This document shows, in pieces, positions 38,305-52,027 of a stretch of DNA of 64,000 nt; position 1 is the stretch's first letter, and each line of letters starts with the position of its first letter. The position numbers were made by a program, and so were the translations under genes. The stretch covers positions 61,876,001 to 61,940,000 of the forward strand of contig NC_043010.1 in assembly GCF_006345805.1 (NCBI RefSeq), read 5' to 3'. The notes beneath the pieces are model-generated. The model was not told the DNA's origin and did not search any database. It saw only the letters and a program-made list of their open reading frames with translations. This DNA is from Octopus sinensis. Taxonomy: Eukaryota.

Positions 38305-39850
38305 GTAGACTAGACTAGACTACCCGTGACCCGTTTGGTCACCAGGAAAGTCTGAGTTTCCCAGCAACGGAGTTTTGTTTCATGATTCTTTTTTCATCCC
38401 AACTACCGCTCCACAACAAGTGTTGGTGTTTACGTTCCTGTAACCTAGCGTTTCGGTTGGAGGAGACCGACGAAATAAGTTCCGGGTTTTAAATATATAA
38501 CTACTGCGGTCGATTCATTCGATTAAAAAAAAAATCTTGAAAGCAATGCCCCAGCATGGTCGCTGTCTCATGACTGAAATGAATAAAAAATAAAAGATAC
38601 GTGTCTGTGTGTGTGTGTACCAAACACCATTTTAAACTCGTGTGTACGTTTATAGATGTGTGATGTTCTATAATTGATTGTTTCTCTACTTTTGTAAGGT
38701 CTTTCCTGTTGCTGTCACATATTGAGAGATTTTAAAATTACGTCAAAACTTTCGAATCTGGTATAGTGAAATAATTTTCCACGTTAAGTCCGATTTTTAA
38801 ATTTATTTGTCGTTTATTTCACTACAATTGTTTCGACTCATTTACGCATCAGTAGCTCACGGGTGAGATGCTGTGCAATCGCCTTGCATCACAGGTGTAA
38901 AATGCGGCTCCTCGGGTGACTTTTGGTTGCAAGATTCTTTTTATGAGTTCGTGTGTTGAAGCATATTCTGTTGTGTCTGGGGAGAGTCATTCTCTTTTGG
39001 TGCCTTACACTGCAAAATTTCCACTTATTTCTTATTTATTTTCCTAAAATTTTCGTTGCGTCTTGCAACCTTTTCAATAGTCTTGACTATTTATTTATTT
39101 GTTCCAGAAAAACTTCAGAAAAATGTTACTGAGGCTGAAAGTTTAATCAGTTTTACCAAATCAGAAAATAGGATTTGGAAGCTGGCATTTTCTGCATGAC
39201 AGCTGTCTATCACGAAATGAAAGCAAAAACATTAGGAGGAAGAATTATTAAACAAACGGAAGCAAAGCATTGCGATGACCAAAGTTGTAAGAAATTCTGA
39301 AGTTTTAATGAATAAAGTCATGTGAAACGGTCGAACAGACACGTAAATAATTAAAAAAGGAAAAATCCGCAAGTTTTTTGGTGAAAAATTGCTCAAATCT
39401 GTCCTTATCAAGAGGCCTATCTGTTGAGGAAGGGATGACCTGGCAGGGAATAAATAAAAAATCTATACAAAACATTCTATTGTAAAAATTGCCTGGCAAC
39501 GACAGCCAATTCAGCTAGTATGTGTGTGTGTGTGTGTGTGTGTATACTTTATCACAATTTAGATTAGCTGAAATATGTTTGTCACATAATTCAGCTGCTA
39601 AAGGCAAATACACTTCATTTACCGTGGAAACAAAATCTCTCTTATGGTCAAAAGGTATGAAAACACCCCGTTCGTTCAGTGTCGCCATCTCTCGGGAATC
39701 TCAGACATTATACGTAAACACTGCTTTGCGCCATTATTTCGTTATATATCCTTTTAATGAAACGTTTTTTAGTTTGCATAAAAGATAACGACCAGCAATA
39801 GCAGTTTTACAGGGTTGTACTGAGCTGTGCCGATATAATGTAGGATAAAT

Positions 39851-39882
<32 letters not shown>

Positions 39883-40084
39883 AATAATAATAATAATAAT
39901 TGATGAAATTTATAAACATTTTAATGCACCGCTACGCGCGTTTCTACAAGAGGTTTTTAAAAAATACATTTAACTGTTTATAAATTCCATCCAAGGATTA
40001 TTATTGTTATTACTACACACACACACACACACGCACACGCACACACGCACAAACAAACAATCACACACAGACACACACATGTAG

Positions 40085-40146
<62 letters not shown>

Positions 40147-41401
40147 TGTATACAGAGAGATACACATATTCATGCATAATATGTAAGTTTTATTCGGTTA
40201 AAAGCTTTGTATAATGCTGTCTAAATCCCGTTCGCAGTTACTGGTTACCTGATGTTATCATACTGTAGAAATCCGATGCGACTGCAATTACCCCAGGAAT
40301 TCCGTAGCATCCTTAAGTTTTTATATAAACAGATCAGAGACAGGAGAAACATGGAATTCGCGAGATTCTTTATTTAAAATCACTACAATTGTTTCCACTC
40401 ATTTACGCATCAGTAGCTCACGGGTGAGATGCTGTGCAATCGCCTTGCATCACAGGTGTAAAATGCGGCTCCTCAGGTGAATTTTTCAACAAGTTCCTCT
40501 CTATATCTTCTCGTCATTTCACTTTGCTTTATAAAAATGATTAGTTAGGATGGTGCTGCTGTCTAGCAGTTCTCAGACGAAACCGAGAGACACATTGACA
40601 AACCAAAAATGAATACACCAATAAAAAAAAATGCAAAGATATATAAAAATACATAGATACAACATACATGAAATCAAAAACAAAATAAAAAATATATAGT
40701 TTATCTATACAGGAAATCAAAATAAAGATATAAATAGAAGCAAAAAGCTAGAAACTCCCATTTGAAGTATTGTGAGGGGAAAAGAAAGAGGGCCAGGAAA
40801 TAAGGTTCTGAAGAAAACAGGAAAAAGAAACAGGAGATAAACCCCCCCCTTTTTTTGTTACACACACGCGCACACATACATACACCCACTCACACACACA
40901 CATTTGCTTAAATATATACATTACTCTTACACACACTTCAAATCTACTCGCCATACATACAACTACGACACTGGACACACACACACTACTACTCAACACA
41001 CACGCTGGCACGTTACATACGCCCCACCTCTTCCCCTCCCTTCCTTCCTCCTTCCTTCATTTTCTTACTACTGACCACTGTCTGCTATGCCTACTACTGT
41101 TCGCCCTACCTCACACGCCTACACACAGACGCACACACTAACATATACATATATTTTTTGTTTTTTTATCTCGCCTCACACACACATACACACACGCACA
41201 CGCACACACTCACACATACACACACATCTGTTGCATTACCAACCCTGTCTCCACTCTTTTGGCTTTAAAAACCTACTTTGCTCTTGTTATCGTAAACTTC
41301 CGCCTTTCACCATGTGTACTTCGTAAACACCAGTCGTTTTTTTTTTTCTCCCTCTTGTTGCCCACTTTGGGATCTTTCTTTCCTCTCTCTTCCTTCTTTA
41401 T

Positions 41402-41436
41402 GTTTCCGACGAAGAGCTCCGCTCGAAACGTCATAC
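41402..41436 (+). ncRNA. Minimal hammerhead-like motif, family P5 (related to P1)
   Basis: CCGACGA-A-GAGC/TCC/GCTC-GAAA-CG-TC. Stem I does not close well in this copy. Confidence 0.4.
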
Positions 41437-41527
41437 CTTCCTGCTTCCATCTTTCCTGAGCGCCTATTAATTATAATACTGTAATTGTTCCACGTGTTGT
41501 TGTTTTTTCTGTTTTCCCGTTTGGATT

Positions 41528-41532
<5 letters not shown>

Positions 41533-41564
<32 letters not shown>

Positions 41565-41939
41565 TTGAAGTTGTCTGTGTGTGGCAGGTTTGGTAGCCTT
41601 CAACTAACACTATCTCCTCCGAGACCCTGCGGCGCAAGTTGACCAAAATTGAGAGTATGATAGAAGAAGGCTTGCGCTTCCTTCCGCAGAAGAAAAAATT
41701 CAAATCGGACCATGTTAACACCAAAAATTATTTACATCAAAAAGGTGCTTTTTTTCTATGAAAATCCCTATTTTTTACGATTTTTTGACTGCTGTGTCGC
41801 CATTTTTCGGTGTATTTCAACCAGAAAAAAATTCACTTAAAGAGAATAACAAGCTACATAATGCAAAATTTTTACTTTTCAATAATTCCAATTCTAAAGG
41901 ATCGAAACAAACCCGAGCAACGCCGGGCGATACTGCTAG
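41533..41939 (+). mobile_element. Non-autonomous Helitron, subfamily D1
   Basis: Nearly identical body to 3193-3592; the 5' end is merged into (TA)n and the element ends CTAG|T. Confidence 0.8.
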
Positions 41940-44439
41940 TAAAGTAATAAAATTCGATCAGTCATTTAGCACATGTCAATCGTCTCTAAAACTTTCCTTC
42001 ATACGTCCAGTTTCTTTCCTTTCGAGTCCACTTGTCGTCTGCCTTTTCTTACAACGATTGTTCCTGCAATTTGTTACCCCTGTTTAATATATATTTCATG
42101 AAGCGATAAGAAACGATGAGCTGTTGTGTTTGCTAAGCCACCCCACCCTTGCATTGGGTGCCACACGGTCACTTGGTGGGTATTCAACATTGTTTCATAT
42201 GTTTGTTCCATTCTCGATCCACACCTGGATCATAAGGGCCGGTTTCCCGATTTCCTTGGCGTATAGGTTCCCCACCTGAACGGGACGCCGGTCCGTCGCA
42301 GGTGAGCTGCAAGATGCAGGAGGAAAGAGTGAGAGAAAGTTGTGACGAAAGAGTTAGCAGAAGTTCGCCATTACCTTCTGCCGGAGCCGTGTTTCGCTCA
42401 TAAACACACACATCGCCCGGTCTGAGATTCAAACCCGTGATCCCTCGACCGCGAGTCCGCTGCTCTCACCACTAGACCATGTGCCTCCACTTTGTTTCAT
42501 ATGTACACACCTATATATACATATAGATGTACACATACACATGCATATATACATACTAGCTTATAAGGGTGGATGTCAGTGTGTCAGACTTCCTCAACTT
42601 TAATAAATCCTTTCTACTAACTTAGTACTAATTTTATCGGCTCTGGAAGGATGAAAGGCAATGTCGACCATGGCGGAATTCGAACTCAAAACGTTAACGG
42701 CAGACGAAATACCGGTAAGCAATGGCGTCAGTCCGACCAAAGCTTTGTGAGTGGATTTCGTAGACGGAAACTGAATGAAGCCCGTCGTATATATGTGTGT
42801 GTGTGTGTGTGGTGTGTGTGTGTGTGTGTTTCTCCTCCACCCACGATTGACAACCGGTGTTGATGTCTTTACGCCCACGCAACTTAGCGGTTCGACAAAA
42901 AGGAATGACAGAATAAGTACCAGGATTAAGAAGAATAACTGGAGTCGATTGGTGCGACTAAAACTCGTCAAGGTCGTGCTCCAGTATGGCCGCAGCCTAA
43001 TGACTGATTCAAGGAAATAAATGTCTGTACACACACACGCATTGTTGAAAGTGTATCTTCCTCTTCACAGTTTCGCCTGAGAATTGCTAGAATGCCACAA
43101 CCGCCCAGTCATGCATTCTGAGAAGGCAAAGGGAAACGGCGAGAAGACATGGCGAGGGACTTGTTGAAAAAGGCAGCTGAGGAGGAGCATTTTACGCCTG
43201 TGATGCAAGGCGATTGATTGCACAGCATCTCACCTGTACGCTACAGGTGTGAAAGTGAGTCGAAACAATTGTAGTGATTTTGAAGGAAGAAAATCGTGAA
43301 TTCCATTTTCTGTCTCTGAGCTATGCAACGTGTGTATGTGTGTGTGTGTGTGTGTGGTGTGTGTGTGTGTGTGTGTGAGCGTGCGTGCGTGTGTGTATGT
43401 CTGTCTGTCTGTCTGTGTGCGTGTGTATGTGTGTGAACGTGCGTGCGTGTGTGTGTGAGTCTGTCTGTGCGTGTGCATATGTGTGTGTGTGAGCGGTGCG
43501 TACGTATGTATGCATGGATGAATGGATGGATGTGTGAGTATCCATGCATTTATACATACATAAGTACATACATACACACACACACATACATACATACGTA
43601 TACGTTTACACACGCATAAATGGATATATGAGAATGTCCTTGACCTCTTCTACAAAACGAGAGCTATGTCGAAAACTGATTCATCCATATCTACAACATG
43701 ACCGATCGGATTTGTAGCGTAAATATGAATGTAATCGACTCCGGATACCAAAATAATCCCCATCTTTGGTGTCCAATGGAACGTCGGCCTGCTGCGGCGA
43801 GCATTGTAAGGGAGACAATCCATTCTACACAGTTGCCTCCCTTATTACACCCTTGCCAAACGTTTTGGAACTTCACTCAAGTTAATTCCTTTGAAAGGAA
43901 AAAGGGACGAATTGAACCCTGAAACACAGAAATCGAAGTTGACCCCCAACGTGATTGGAAGTGAAATAAATAGTTTAAAGTGTTTCGTATTGTAAATTTA
44001 CATTTTGAGCTGCAATTTTGACAGGTTTCCGCGCTCAGTATTAAAGAAACCCAATCTTTACCATAAACAGCCTTGTTTTAAGCAAAGGAAATGTTTGCAG
44101 CCACAACATCACTGAAAACTGATCGATGCCAATAATCGATCGGTATTGGTATAAAATCTCTCTCAGAACATTATTATAAACCAATAAATTGGACCAGTAT
44201 ATGACTGGTATTGATTTTATGGACCGTTAGATGTATTTACGTCAAAAGCATGACGTAATATTTGCACAGTTTTATGTCGCAAATTAAATTTAGATTTAAC
44301 ATTCCTGACACTGATCCGGGAGAGAGATATCCGCATCGGGATTATCGCTGTCATCGTCATCATCGTTGTCGTCATCTTTATTGTGGTGGTAGTGGTGGTG
44401 GCCGCCGTCGCCTTCATTTTCATAGAAGTGGTGGGAAGA

Positions 44440-44512
44440 GTAGTAGTGATGGTGGTAATGGTGGTAGTAGTAGCAGTAGTACTAGTGGTGGTAGTAGTAG
44501 TAGTAGTAGTAA

Positions 44513-44547
<35 letters not shown>

Positions 44548-45320
44548 GTGATGGTGGTATTAGTATTAGTAGTAGTAGTAGTGATGGCGGTGGTGGTGGT
44601 GGCCGTGGTGGTGGTGCTGGTGGTCGTAGTGGTGGTGGTGGTTCTGGTGGTGGTGCTGGTGGTAGTGGTGGTGGTGCTGGTGCTAGTGGTAGTGGTGGTG
44701 GTGCTGGTGGTGGTAGTGGTGGTGGTGGTGCTGGTGGTGGTAGTGGTGGTGGTGGTGCTGGTGGTGGTGCTGGTGGTAGTGGTGGTGGTGCTGGTGCTAG
44801 TGGTAGTGGTGCTGGTGGTGGTGCTGGTGCTAGTGGTAGTGGTGGTGGTGCTGGTGCTGGTGGTAGTGTGGTGGTGGTGGTGGTGGTGGTAGTGGTGGTG
44901 GTGGTGCTGGTGGTGGTGCTGGTGGTAGTGGTGGTGGTGCTGGTGCTAGTGGTAGTGGTGGTGTGGTGGTGGTGCTGGTGCTAGTGGTAGTGGTGGTGGT
45001 GGTGGTGCTGGTGGTAGTGGTGGTGGTGGTGGTGCTGTGGTAGTGGTGGTGGTGCTGGTGGTGGTGCTGGTGCTAGTGGTAGTGGTGGTGGTGGTGGTGC
45101 TGGTGGTAGTGGTGGTGCTGGTGGTGCTGGTGGTAGTGGTGGTGGTGGTGGTGCTGGTGGTAGTGGTGGTGGTGGTGGTGCTGGTGGTAGTGGTGGTGGT
45201 GCTGGTGCTGGTGGTAGTGGTGGTGGTGCTGGTGCTGGTGCTGGTGGTAGTGGTGGTGCTGCTACTGCTGGTTATGTGGTGGTGGCCGTGGTGGTGGTGG
45301 TGGTGGTGGTTGTAGTGTTG
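44440..45320. repeat. Compound (GGT/GCT/AGT)n trinucleotide tract
   Basis: Source of the poly-Gly/Val/Thr ORFs; no splice context. Confidence 0.9.
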
Positions 45321-45893
45321 GTTGTCGTCACCCACCCGATTTTAATGTCCTTCCACCATTTTGTAGCTCCACAGTTCTTAAAAACACCGAAACATTCCGC
45401 ATTTCTCAGAGAAAGAGAGCTTTTCTTTCCAACGAGCAACAATTCCCTAAACCATTTCCCTTCTTACTCTAATTAATCCCATTAATTACATCAACCTTTA
45501 CCTTAATTAACAGCTACATCTTCCAGCGGACACATCTAATGGGCTAACAGTATTATTACTTCGTAATACGAGTACAGCGGGCTGGCAGAACCGTTAGCAC
45601 GCCGGGCGAAATGCTTAGCGACATTTCGTCCGTTTTTACGTTCTGAGTTCAACTTCTGCTGGGGTTGACTTTGCCTTTCATCCTTTCAGGGTCGATAAAA
45701 TAAGTACCAGTTGAGTATTGGGGATCGATGTGATTGTCTTACTCCCCAACTCCCGAAATTGCTGGCCTTGTGCCAAAATGTGAAGTCGTTATTACGTCGA
45801 CGTCACTTCACGTAACTCTTTATTTCGGCAATATTTCCAGCGAACCGCGACATTGGGCGTAAGGATCTGACTAATGAATATTCCCGCTTCATA

Positions 45894-46293
45894 TCTTTAT
45901 ATATAAAACTGTAGTTGTGTGAGTGTCTGTCCCCTTCGATTTAGATTCCTAACTCCTCCCACATTTTGCGGTGCAGTTTAACCAAAACCGGGTATCTTAT
46001 AGTCGTGATTCATATCGAGCCCTTTGGGTATTAGCGCGCGTCTACGATGAGTCTACGATTTAAAAAAAAATTTACCATCATTTTTTTCCATTTAATGCAT
46101 TTTTTCGCTATTATATAAGGGAAGTAACTCTCTAAAAATGTCTACGATGAGTCAACGATTTAAAAAAAAATTTTACCATCATTTTTTTTCCATTTTTAGT
46201 GCATTTTTGGCTATTTTTTGGCTATAACTCTCTAAAAATGCTTATATAGTTATTTCCCTTACAAACCCGAGCAATGCCGGGCGATACTGCTAG
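45894..46293 (+). mobile_element. Non-autonomous Helitron, subfamily D2 (with internal tandem duplication)
   Basis: A|TCTTTATATATAAAA ... CCCGAGCAATGCCGGG...CTAG|T. Confidence 0.8.
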
Positions 46294-46501
46294 TTCCTGT
46301 ATAATTTGGTGTACCTTTCACTTGCTAAATAAGGACCCATGTTAAATAAAGTTGATGTAATGACACTCAGTTAGCCCACTCGATATGTCTGACACAAGAA
46401 CTGAAGGCAGGTGTAATTAATAGAATGGGGAAAGAAGTCCCAGCTTTTATCTTTGGACGGTTTGATGGAATTACCTCTGTTCACAGCATCTTCGCTGTCT
46501 A

Positions 46502-46533
<32 letters not shown>

Positions 46534-46659
46534 CCAGTCAGTCAGTCTGTCTCTCGCTCTTTCTCCTCCCTCCTCTTTCTGTCTGATGGACAGTTTATAC
46601 CATATGATGGCGGAGGTAAAGATCATGGGGATTTTTTATTTTACTCTTTACTCTCTTTT

Positions 46660-47065
46660 ACTCTTTTACTTGTTTCAGTCATTTGACTGCGGCCATGCTG
46701 GAGCACCGCCTTTAATCGAGCAACTCGACCCCGGGACTTATTCTTTTTGTAAGCCCAGTACTTATTATATCGGTCACTTTTGCTGAACCGCTAAGTAACG
46801 GGGACATAAACACACCAGCATCGATTGTCAAGCGATGTTGGGGGGACAAACACAGACACACAAACACACACACGCATATATATATATACATATACATATA
46901 TACGACGGGCTTCTTTCAGTTTCCGTCTACCAAATCCACTCACAAGGCATTGGTCGGCCTGAGGCTAAGTAGAAGACACTTGCCCAAGGTGCCACGCAGT
47001 GGGACTGAACCCTGAACCATGTGGTTGGTAAACAAGCTACTTACCACACAGCCACTCCTGCGCCT
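46660..47065 (-). mobile_element. SINE family A
   Basis: Near-consensus full-length copy. Confidence 0.85.
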
Positions 47066-47400
47066 TTTAATTTTTTCTTTTTCTTTTTCTCTCTTTTTTA
47101 AAAAATTTTTTTACAGGAACACACCATATCGAGGGCGGAGATTCCGAATCTGTAAAAAAAAAATCTGTATTTCAAAATTTAAATCCACCCACAACACCCC
47201 ACGCCACCTCACCCCTATTTCTTAAATTTTCACTTTTTTAAAAAATTTATTTTGGAGAAATACGTAGAAAAATACGGAGATTATGAGTCTGAAAAAAAAA
47301 TTAAATACACCCCCCCCCTCCAACCTGTGACAAGAAGTGAAATTTATTTATTATTTTTTTGCAGATTCGGAATCTCCGTCCTCGATATAGTGTCTTCCTG

Positions 47401-47625
47401 AAGGCGGCGAGCTGGCAGAAACGGTAGCACGCCGGGCGAAATGCTTAGCGGTATTTCGTCTGCCGTTACGTTCTGAGTTCAAATTCCGCCGAGGTTGACT
47501 TTGCCTTTCGGGGTCGATAAGTTAAGTACCAGTTACGCACTGGGGTCGATAGAATCGACTTAATCCCTTTGTCTGTCATTGTTTGTCCCGTCTGTGTTTA
47601 GCCCCTTGTGGGTAGTAAAGAAATA
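47401..47625 (+). mobile_element. SINE family B, full length
   Basis: Near-consensus, CpG-rich. Confidence 0.85.
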
Positions 47626-48521
47626 TATATTGTGTGTTCCTGTAAGAAAAACAAAAATCGTAAAGTGGGTTCGGTCCAGGATCTCTACCTCCGCCCAAAA
47701 ATGATTTACAAATGTAAACACCTAAAGCTCCACAAGGCTCCGGCAGGGGGTGGTGGTGATCCCTGCTGTACTCTTTCACCACAACTTTCTCTCACTCTTT
47801 CTTCCTGTTTCTGTTGTACCTGTATTTCAAAGGGCCAGCCTTGTCACACTCTGTGTCACGCTGAATATCCCCGAGAACTACGTTAAGGGTACACGTGTCT
47901 GTGGAGTGCTCAGCCACTTACACGTTAATTTCACGAGCAGGCTGTTCAGTTGATTCGGATCAACCGGAACCCTCGTCGTCGTAACCGACGGAGTGTTTCT
48001 GCTAAGCTGTCCGTAACAATATGAGGATCAAACGGGGAAATCGTTTTCTGCTATCGAAACGTTTCTAAACTATAATTTTCAGTATTATTCCAATGAAGTC
48101 GGGATCGAATTTCATTTCAGTCTATGAATGTTCAATAACTATTTTCGATGGAAAATAAATTAATTAATCCCGTTTTCCGTTTTCTTCCTTCAAGACTCGT
48201 TTCGACGATTCTTCATCTGACCCGAGACGTGTTGAGTACAAGGGAGGTAACTGTAGACAATGGATTGTCTCCCTTACAATGCTTGCTGCAGTGAACCATC
48301 AATTTCAGAAAGTTTTTTTTACACGTGGAGGTGAGGGAATGACCGTTCGAATACCATTAACGACCATTTTATCTGTTGTCCCTGCTGGAGCAATTACACC
48401 TACTTATACCCCTCGCAACACTGTTGTGTCCTTGTGTCAAGTTTAAAGATATATCTATCTATCTATCTATCTGTCTATCTATCTATCTATCTATCTATCC
48501 ATCTGTCTATCTATCTATCTA

Positions 48522-48561
<40 letters not shown>

Positions 48562-48829
48562 TCTATCTATTTAGCTATCCATCTGTCCATCTCCTTCTCT
48601 TTATCCATCCATCCCTCTCTCCCTCCCTCCATCCCTCTCTCTCTTCATCCCTCTCTCTCTCCCTCCCTCCTCCCCTCCATCCAACCATCCATTTTTCTTT
48701 TCCATTTCCTCCATAGCCATTGCAACAAAGAATTTCTGAAGGGAAACAGCAGAGCTAACATTTCACGCTAAATCATGGACTCTTATCTTTTCCAAGTGCA
48801 GCTTGAATTAAACTCCTCTGCATTGCCAG

Positions 48830-49165
48830 AGTGGCTATCTGGCCTCCGTGCCGGTGGCACATAAAAGACACCATTCGAGCATGATAGTTACCAGCATCGC
48901 CTTAATGGTACTTGTGCCAGTGGCATGTGTAAAAGATTCGAGTCAGGTCTTTGCCAGTACCGCCTGAATGGCCCCGTGCCAGTGGCATGTAAAAGCACCC
49001 ACTACACTCTCGGAGTGGTTGGCGTTAGGAAGGGCATCCAGCTGTAGAAACTCTGCTAGATCAAACTGGAGCCTGGTGTAGCCATCTGGTTCGCCAGTCT
49101 TCAGTCAAATCGTCCAACCCATGCTAGCATGGAAAGCAGACGTTAAAAGATGATGATGATGATGA
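48830..49165 (+). mobile_element. Family G copy just downstream of the protease stop
   Basis: Homologous to 22304-22910. Confidence 0.75.
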
Positions 49166-49379
49166 GTGCAGATTTATCTTAACTTACTGAAGACCATTGA
49201 AGCCTGGTTCAACCAAGGCTAGCGTAGCCAAGCTGAAGCTGTGCTCAGCGGGGCTCACATCAACCAACGATAACTTCGAATCTAAGAGATTACATAAAGA
49301 AGATAACAGATCAAAATGAAGAAAAATAATCAAAAACAAAGGCAATAATGAGAATTAATCAGGACGATTAAGATTAAAT

Positions 49380-49385
49380 TTTAAT
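49380..49385 (-). terminator. Candidate polyadenylation signal (ATTAAA) of the protease gene
   Basis: ATTAAA a few bases after the stop, followed by a T-rich stretch. The region is very AT-rich, so chance occurrence is possible. Confidence 0.35.
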
Positions 49386-49390
49386 TAGAA

Positions 49391-49600
49391 TTAAATTGAC
49401 CTGATAATCATTTTATTAGGATCACCAGTATCAAAGTCACCGTTTCTCTGCTTACGAAATACAGATCGTATCCACTTACTATAGAATGATATTTTACTAA
49501 ATACCGTCAAGTTATACCCAATTCCTCCAGAGTTTGCTCCAGCCAGGACGTATCTGCTTCTGGCATTACTGTAGCAAAATAGACCCGCCCCAGAATCCCC
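49391..49600 (-). CDS. Serine protease exon 6 (catalytic Ser in GDSGAG; to stop codon)
   Basis: Acceptor ttctcttgaatttcag|GGG GAT TCT. A phase-0 intron directly before GDS is typical of the trypsin family. Reads GDSGAGLFCYSNARSRYVLAGANSGGIGYNLTVFSKISFYSKWIRSVFRKQRNGDFDTGDPNKMIIRSI*. Exon total 849 nt = 282 aa + stop. Confidence 0.92.
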   Translation of the reverse strand, partial: GDSGAGLFCYSNARSRYVLAGANSGGIGYNLTVFSKISFYSKWIRSVFRKQRNGDFDTGDPNKMIIRSI

Positions 49601-49634
49601 CTGAAATTCAAGAGAAAACAATAACAATTACCAA

Positions 49635-49681
<47 letters not shown>

Positions 49682-49684
<3 letters not shown>

Positions 49685-50188
49685 TTGGAAGTGTTATCAT
49701 GTACATTGTTTTGTCTTGGTATAAAAGATGGGCTACAGCAAATATTCTGCTCAATACCACAGATTTGCTTGTCAGTTGCTTGACCTTAACAAGTTGAGCA
49801 TGTCCCTTAGTGGCTGACGATATGTGCATCTCTGATCACGAGCAGAAGTAGTGGGGGAGCATCATAGCCATGTGTTGAGAGGGATTCTTTGGGGTTTGAA
49901 TAATTCAGCTTTGGAAACATGGGTGTTTCGTTCAACATCCTTAAACAACCCTTATTCAGGGACCTTTTGAACAGGATGGACTACTCAACCTGAAGAAAAT
50001 TCTAGCTGGACCCCACCTGCAAGGTCATGCGCTGTTTGTCTTGATATCAGATCACCATGTTGTGCACATTTGGTTGTGATGCATGTGTCTGGTGTACCCT
50101 TATCAGACAGGCACTCATAATGGGTAAAATGGGCTTCCTATAATTGTACCCCAGTGTCACTTTGATGGCGTGCACTGCTCTCTCACTT
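49682..50188 (+). mobile_element. Family C copy, 5'-truncated, in protease intron 5
   Basis: Lacks the first roughly 50 nt of the other copy; (AAT)n at both ends. Confidence 0.8.
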
Positions 50189-50342
50189 GATAATAATAAA
50201 TGAATAAATAAAAGTAAAAAGTAAAAAATAAAACAGTAAACAACTGTTTTATAATTATCAGTCTGTCTATCTGTCTGTCTATGTACGTCTGTCTGTCTGT
50301 CTGTATGTATGTATGTATGCTATCTATCTGCCTATATATTTA

Positions 50343-50412
<70 letters not shown>

Positions 50413-50434
50413 ATATAATATAATATAATATAAA

Positions 50435-50741
50435 TCTTTATATATAAAATTCAAGTTGTGTGTGTGAGACTCTGTCTCCCCCGATTTAGATTCCTAACTA
50501 CTCCCACATTTTGCGGTGCAGTTTAACCAAAACCGGGTATCTTATAATCGTCATTCACATCGAGCCCTTCTGGGTATTAGCGCGCGTCTACGATGAGTCT
50601 ACGATTTAAAAAAAAATTTACCATCATTTTTCCGCATTTTAATTGAATTTTGCTCGGGTTATATAAGGGAAGTAACTCTCTAAAAATGCTTATATAGTTA
50701 TTTCCCTTACAAATCCGAGCAACGCCGGGCGATACTGCTAG
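50435..50741 (+). mobile_element. Non-autonomous Helitron, subfamily D2, in protease intron 5
   Basis: Same ends and body as the 45894 copy, without the duplication. Confidence 0.8.
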
Positions 50742-51179
50742 TAATATATAAATATATGCATATATACATATATATATGTACATGCCCACATCTATATGTA
50801 TATATACATGCATATATGGGTACAGGACATCAAAAAAACGTTGAACACAATGAGAAACAAAAACGTAAAAACAAAAACATAGAAAACGAACAACACAAAA
50901 CACAAACAGAGAAACGAGACATACAACATAAAGAAAATTCCCCCTCATCAGTTGACCCCGTTTCATCTACTCCGCATTTCGAAGGCAAGAAAAAGACCTG
51001 ACTTTGTTGAAACGGTCCTTCCCGCAAAGCAAATTAAATAAAATTTGGGATTTTTATATATATATATCTGACTGTCTATCCGTCTGTCTGTCTCTCTGTA
51101 TCTATCTAATTAGATGTACTATTCTGTACGTGAATAGGTGTAAATAATTATCATAATTAAAGTTATTAATTACTCTTAC

Positions 51180-51585
51180 TCTTTTACTCTTTTACTTGTT
51201 TCAGTCATTTGACTGCGGCCATGCTGGAGCACCGCCTTTAGTTGAGCAACTCGACCCCGGGACTTATTCTTTGTAAGCCCAGTACTTATTCTATCGGTCT
51301 CTTTTGCAGAACCGCTAAGTGATAGGGACATAAACAAACCAGCATTGGTTGTCAAGCAATGCTAGGGGGACAAACACAGACACACAAACACACACACGCA
51401 TATATATATATATACATATATACAACGGGCTTCTTTCAGTTTCCGTCTACCAAATCCACTCGCAAGGCTTTGGTCGGCCCGAGGCTATAGTAGAAGACAC
51501 TTGCCCAAGGTACCATGCAGTGGGACTGAACCTGGTACCATGTGGTTGGTAAGCAAGCTACTTACCACACAGCCACTCCTGCGCC
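51180..51585 (-). mobile_element. SINE family A in protease intron 5
   Basis: Near-consensus full-length copy, about 50 bp from the exon 5 donor. Confidence 0.85.
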
Positions 51586-51637
51586 TATTAATTACTGAAG
51601 TTAATTACAAATTGAGACCCGGAATGTATTGACTTAC

Positions 51638-51789
51638 ATTAGCTGTGGTTTGTAACTTCGGCATGAACCTTTTCATGCAAATGTCAGAATCTTCGGAGAA
51701 AGAGCTGTTCTCAGACCTGCAGTCTTTTGGGTTCGTCATGACCATCACTCCCTCATGTAACGTATTTGTTAATATCTTTTTTTTGCGAC
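51638..51789 (-). CDS. Serine protease exon 5 (SRKKKILTNTLHEGVMVMTNPKDCRSENSSFSEDSDICMKRFMPKLQTTAN)
   Basis: Acceptor tatttgtag|GT, donor AAT|GTAAGT, 152 bp, phase 1-0. L-H-E motif plus two Cys at the 168 and 182 positions. Confidence 0.88.
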
Positions 51790-52027
51790 CTACAAATACA
51801 AATAATCTTTTCTATTAAAGGCACAAGGACTGAAATTTGGGAGAGAGGGGACTAGGCAGTTACAGCGACCCCAGTACACAACAGGTACTTCATTTATTGA
51901 CCTCGAAAGGATGAAGGACAGAGTTAACCTTGGCAGAGTTTGAACTCAAAACGTAAATACGGATGAAATGCTGCCAAGCATTTTGCCTGGTGTGCTAACG
52001 ATTCTGCCAGCTTGCTGCCTTGATATA

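Noticed and set aside
44262-45335. Glycine-rich 240-aa ORF resembling a structural protein
   Set aside because: It is a trinucleotide repeat open in multiple frames, with no signal peptide or splice context.
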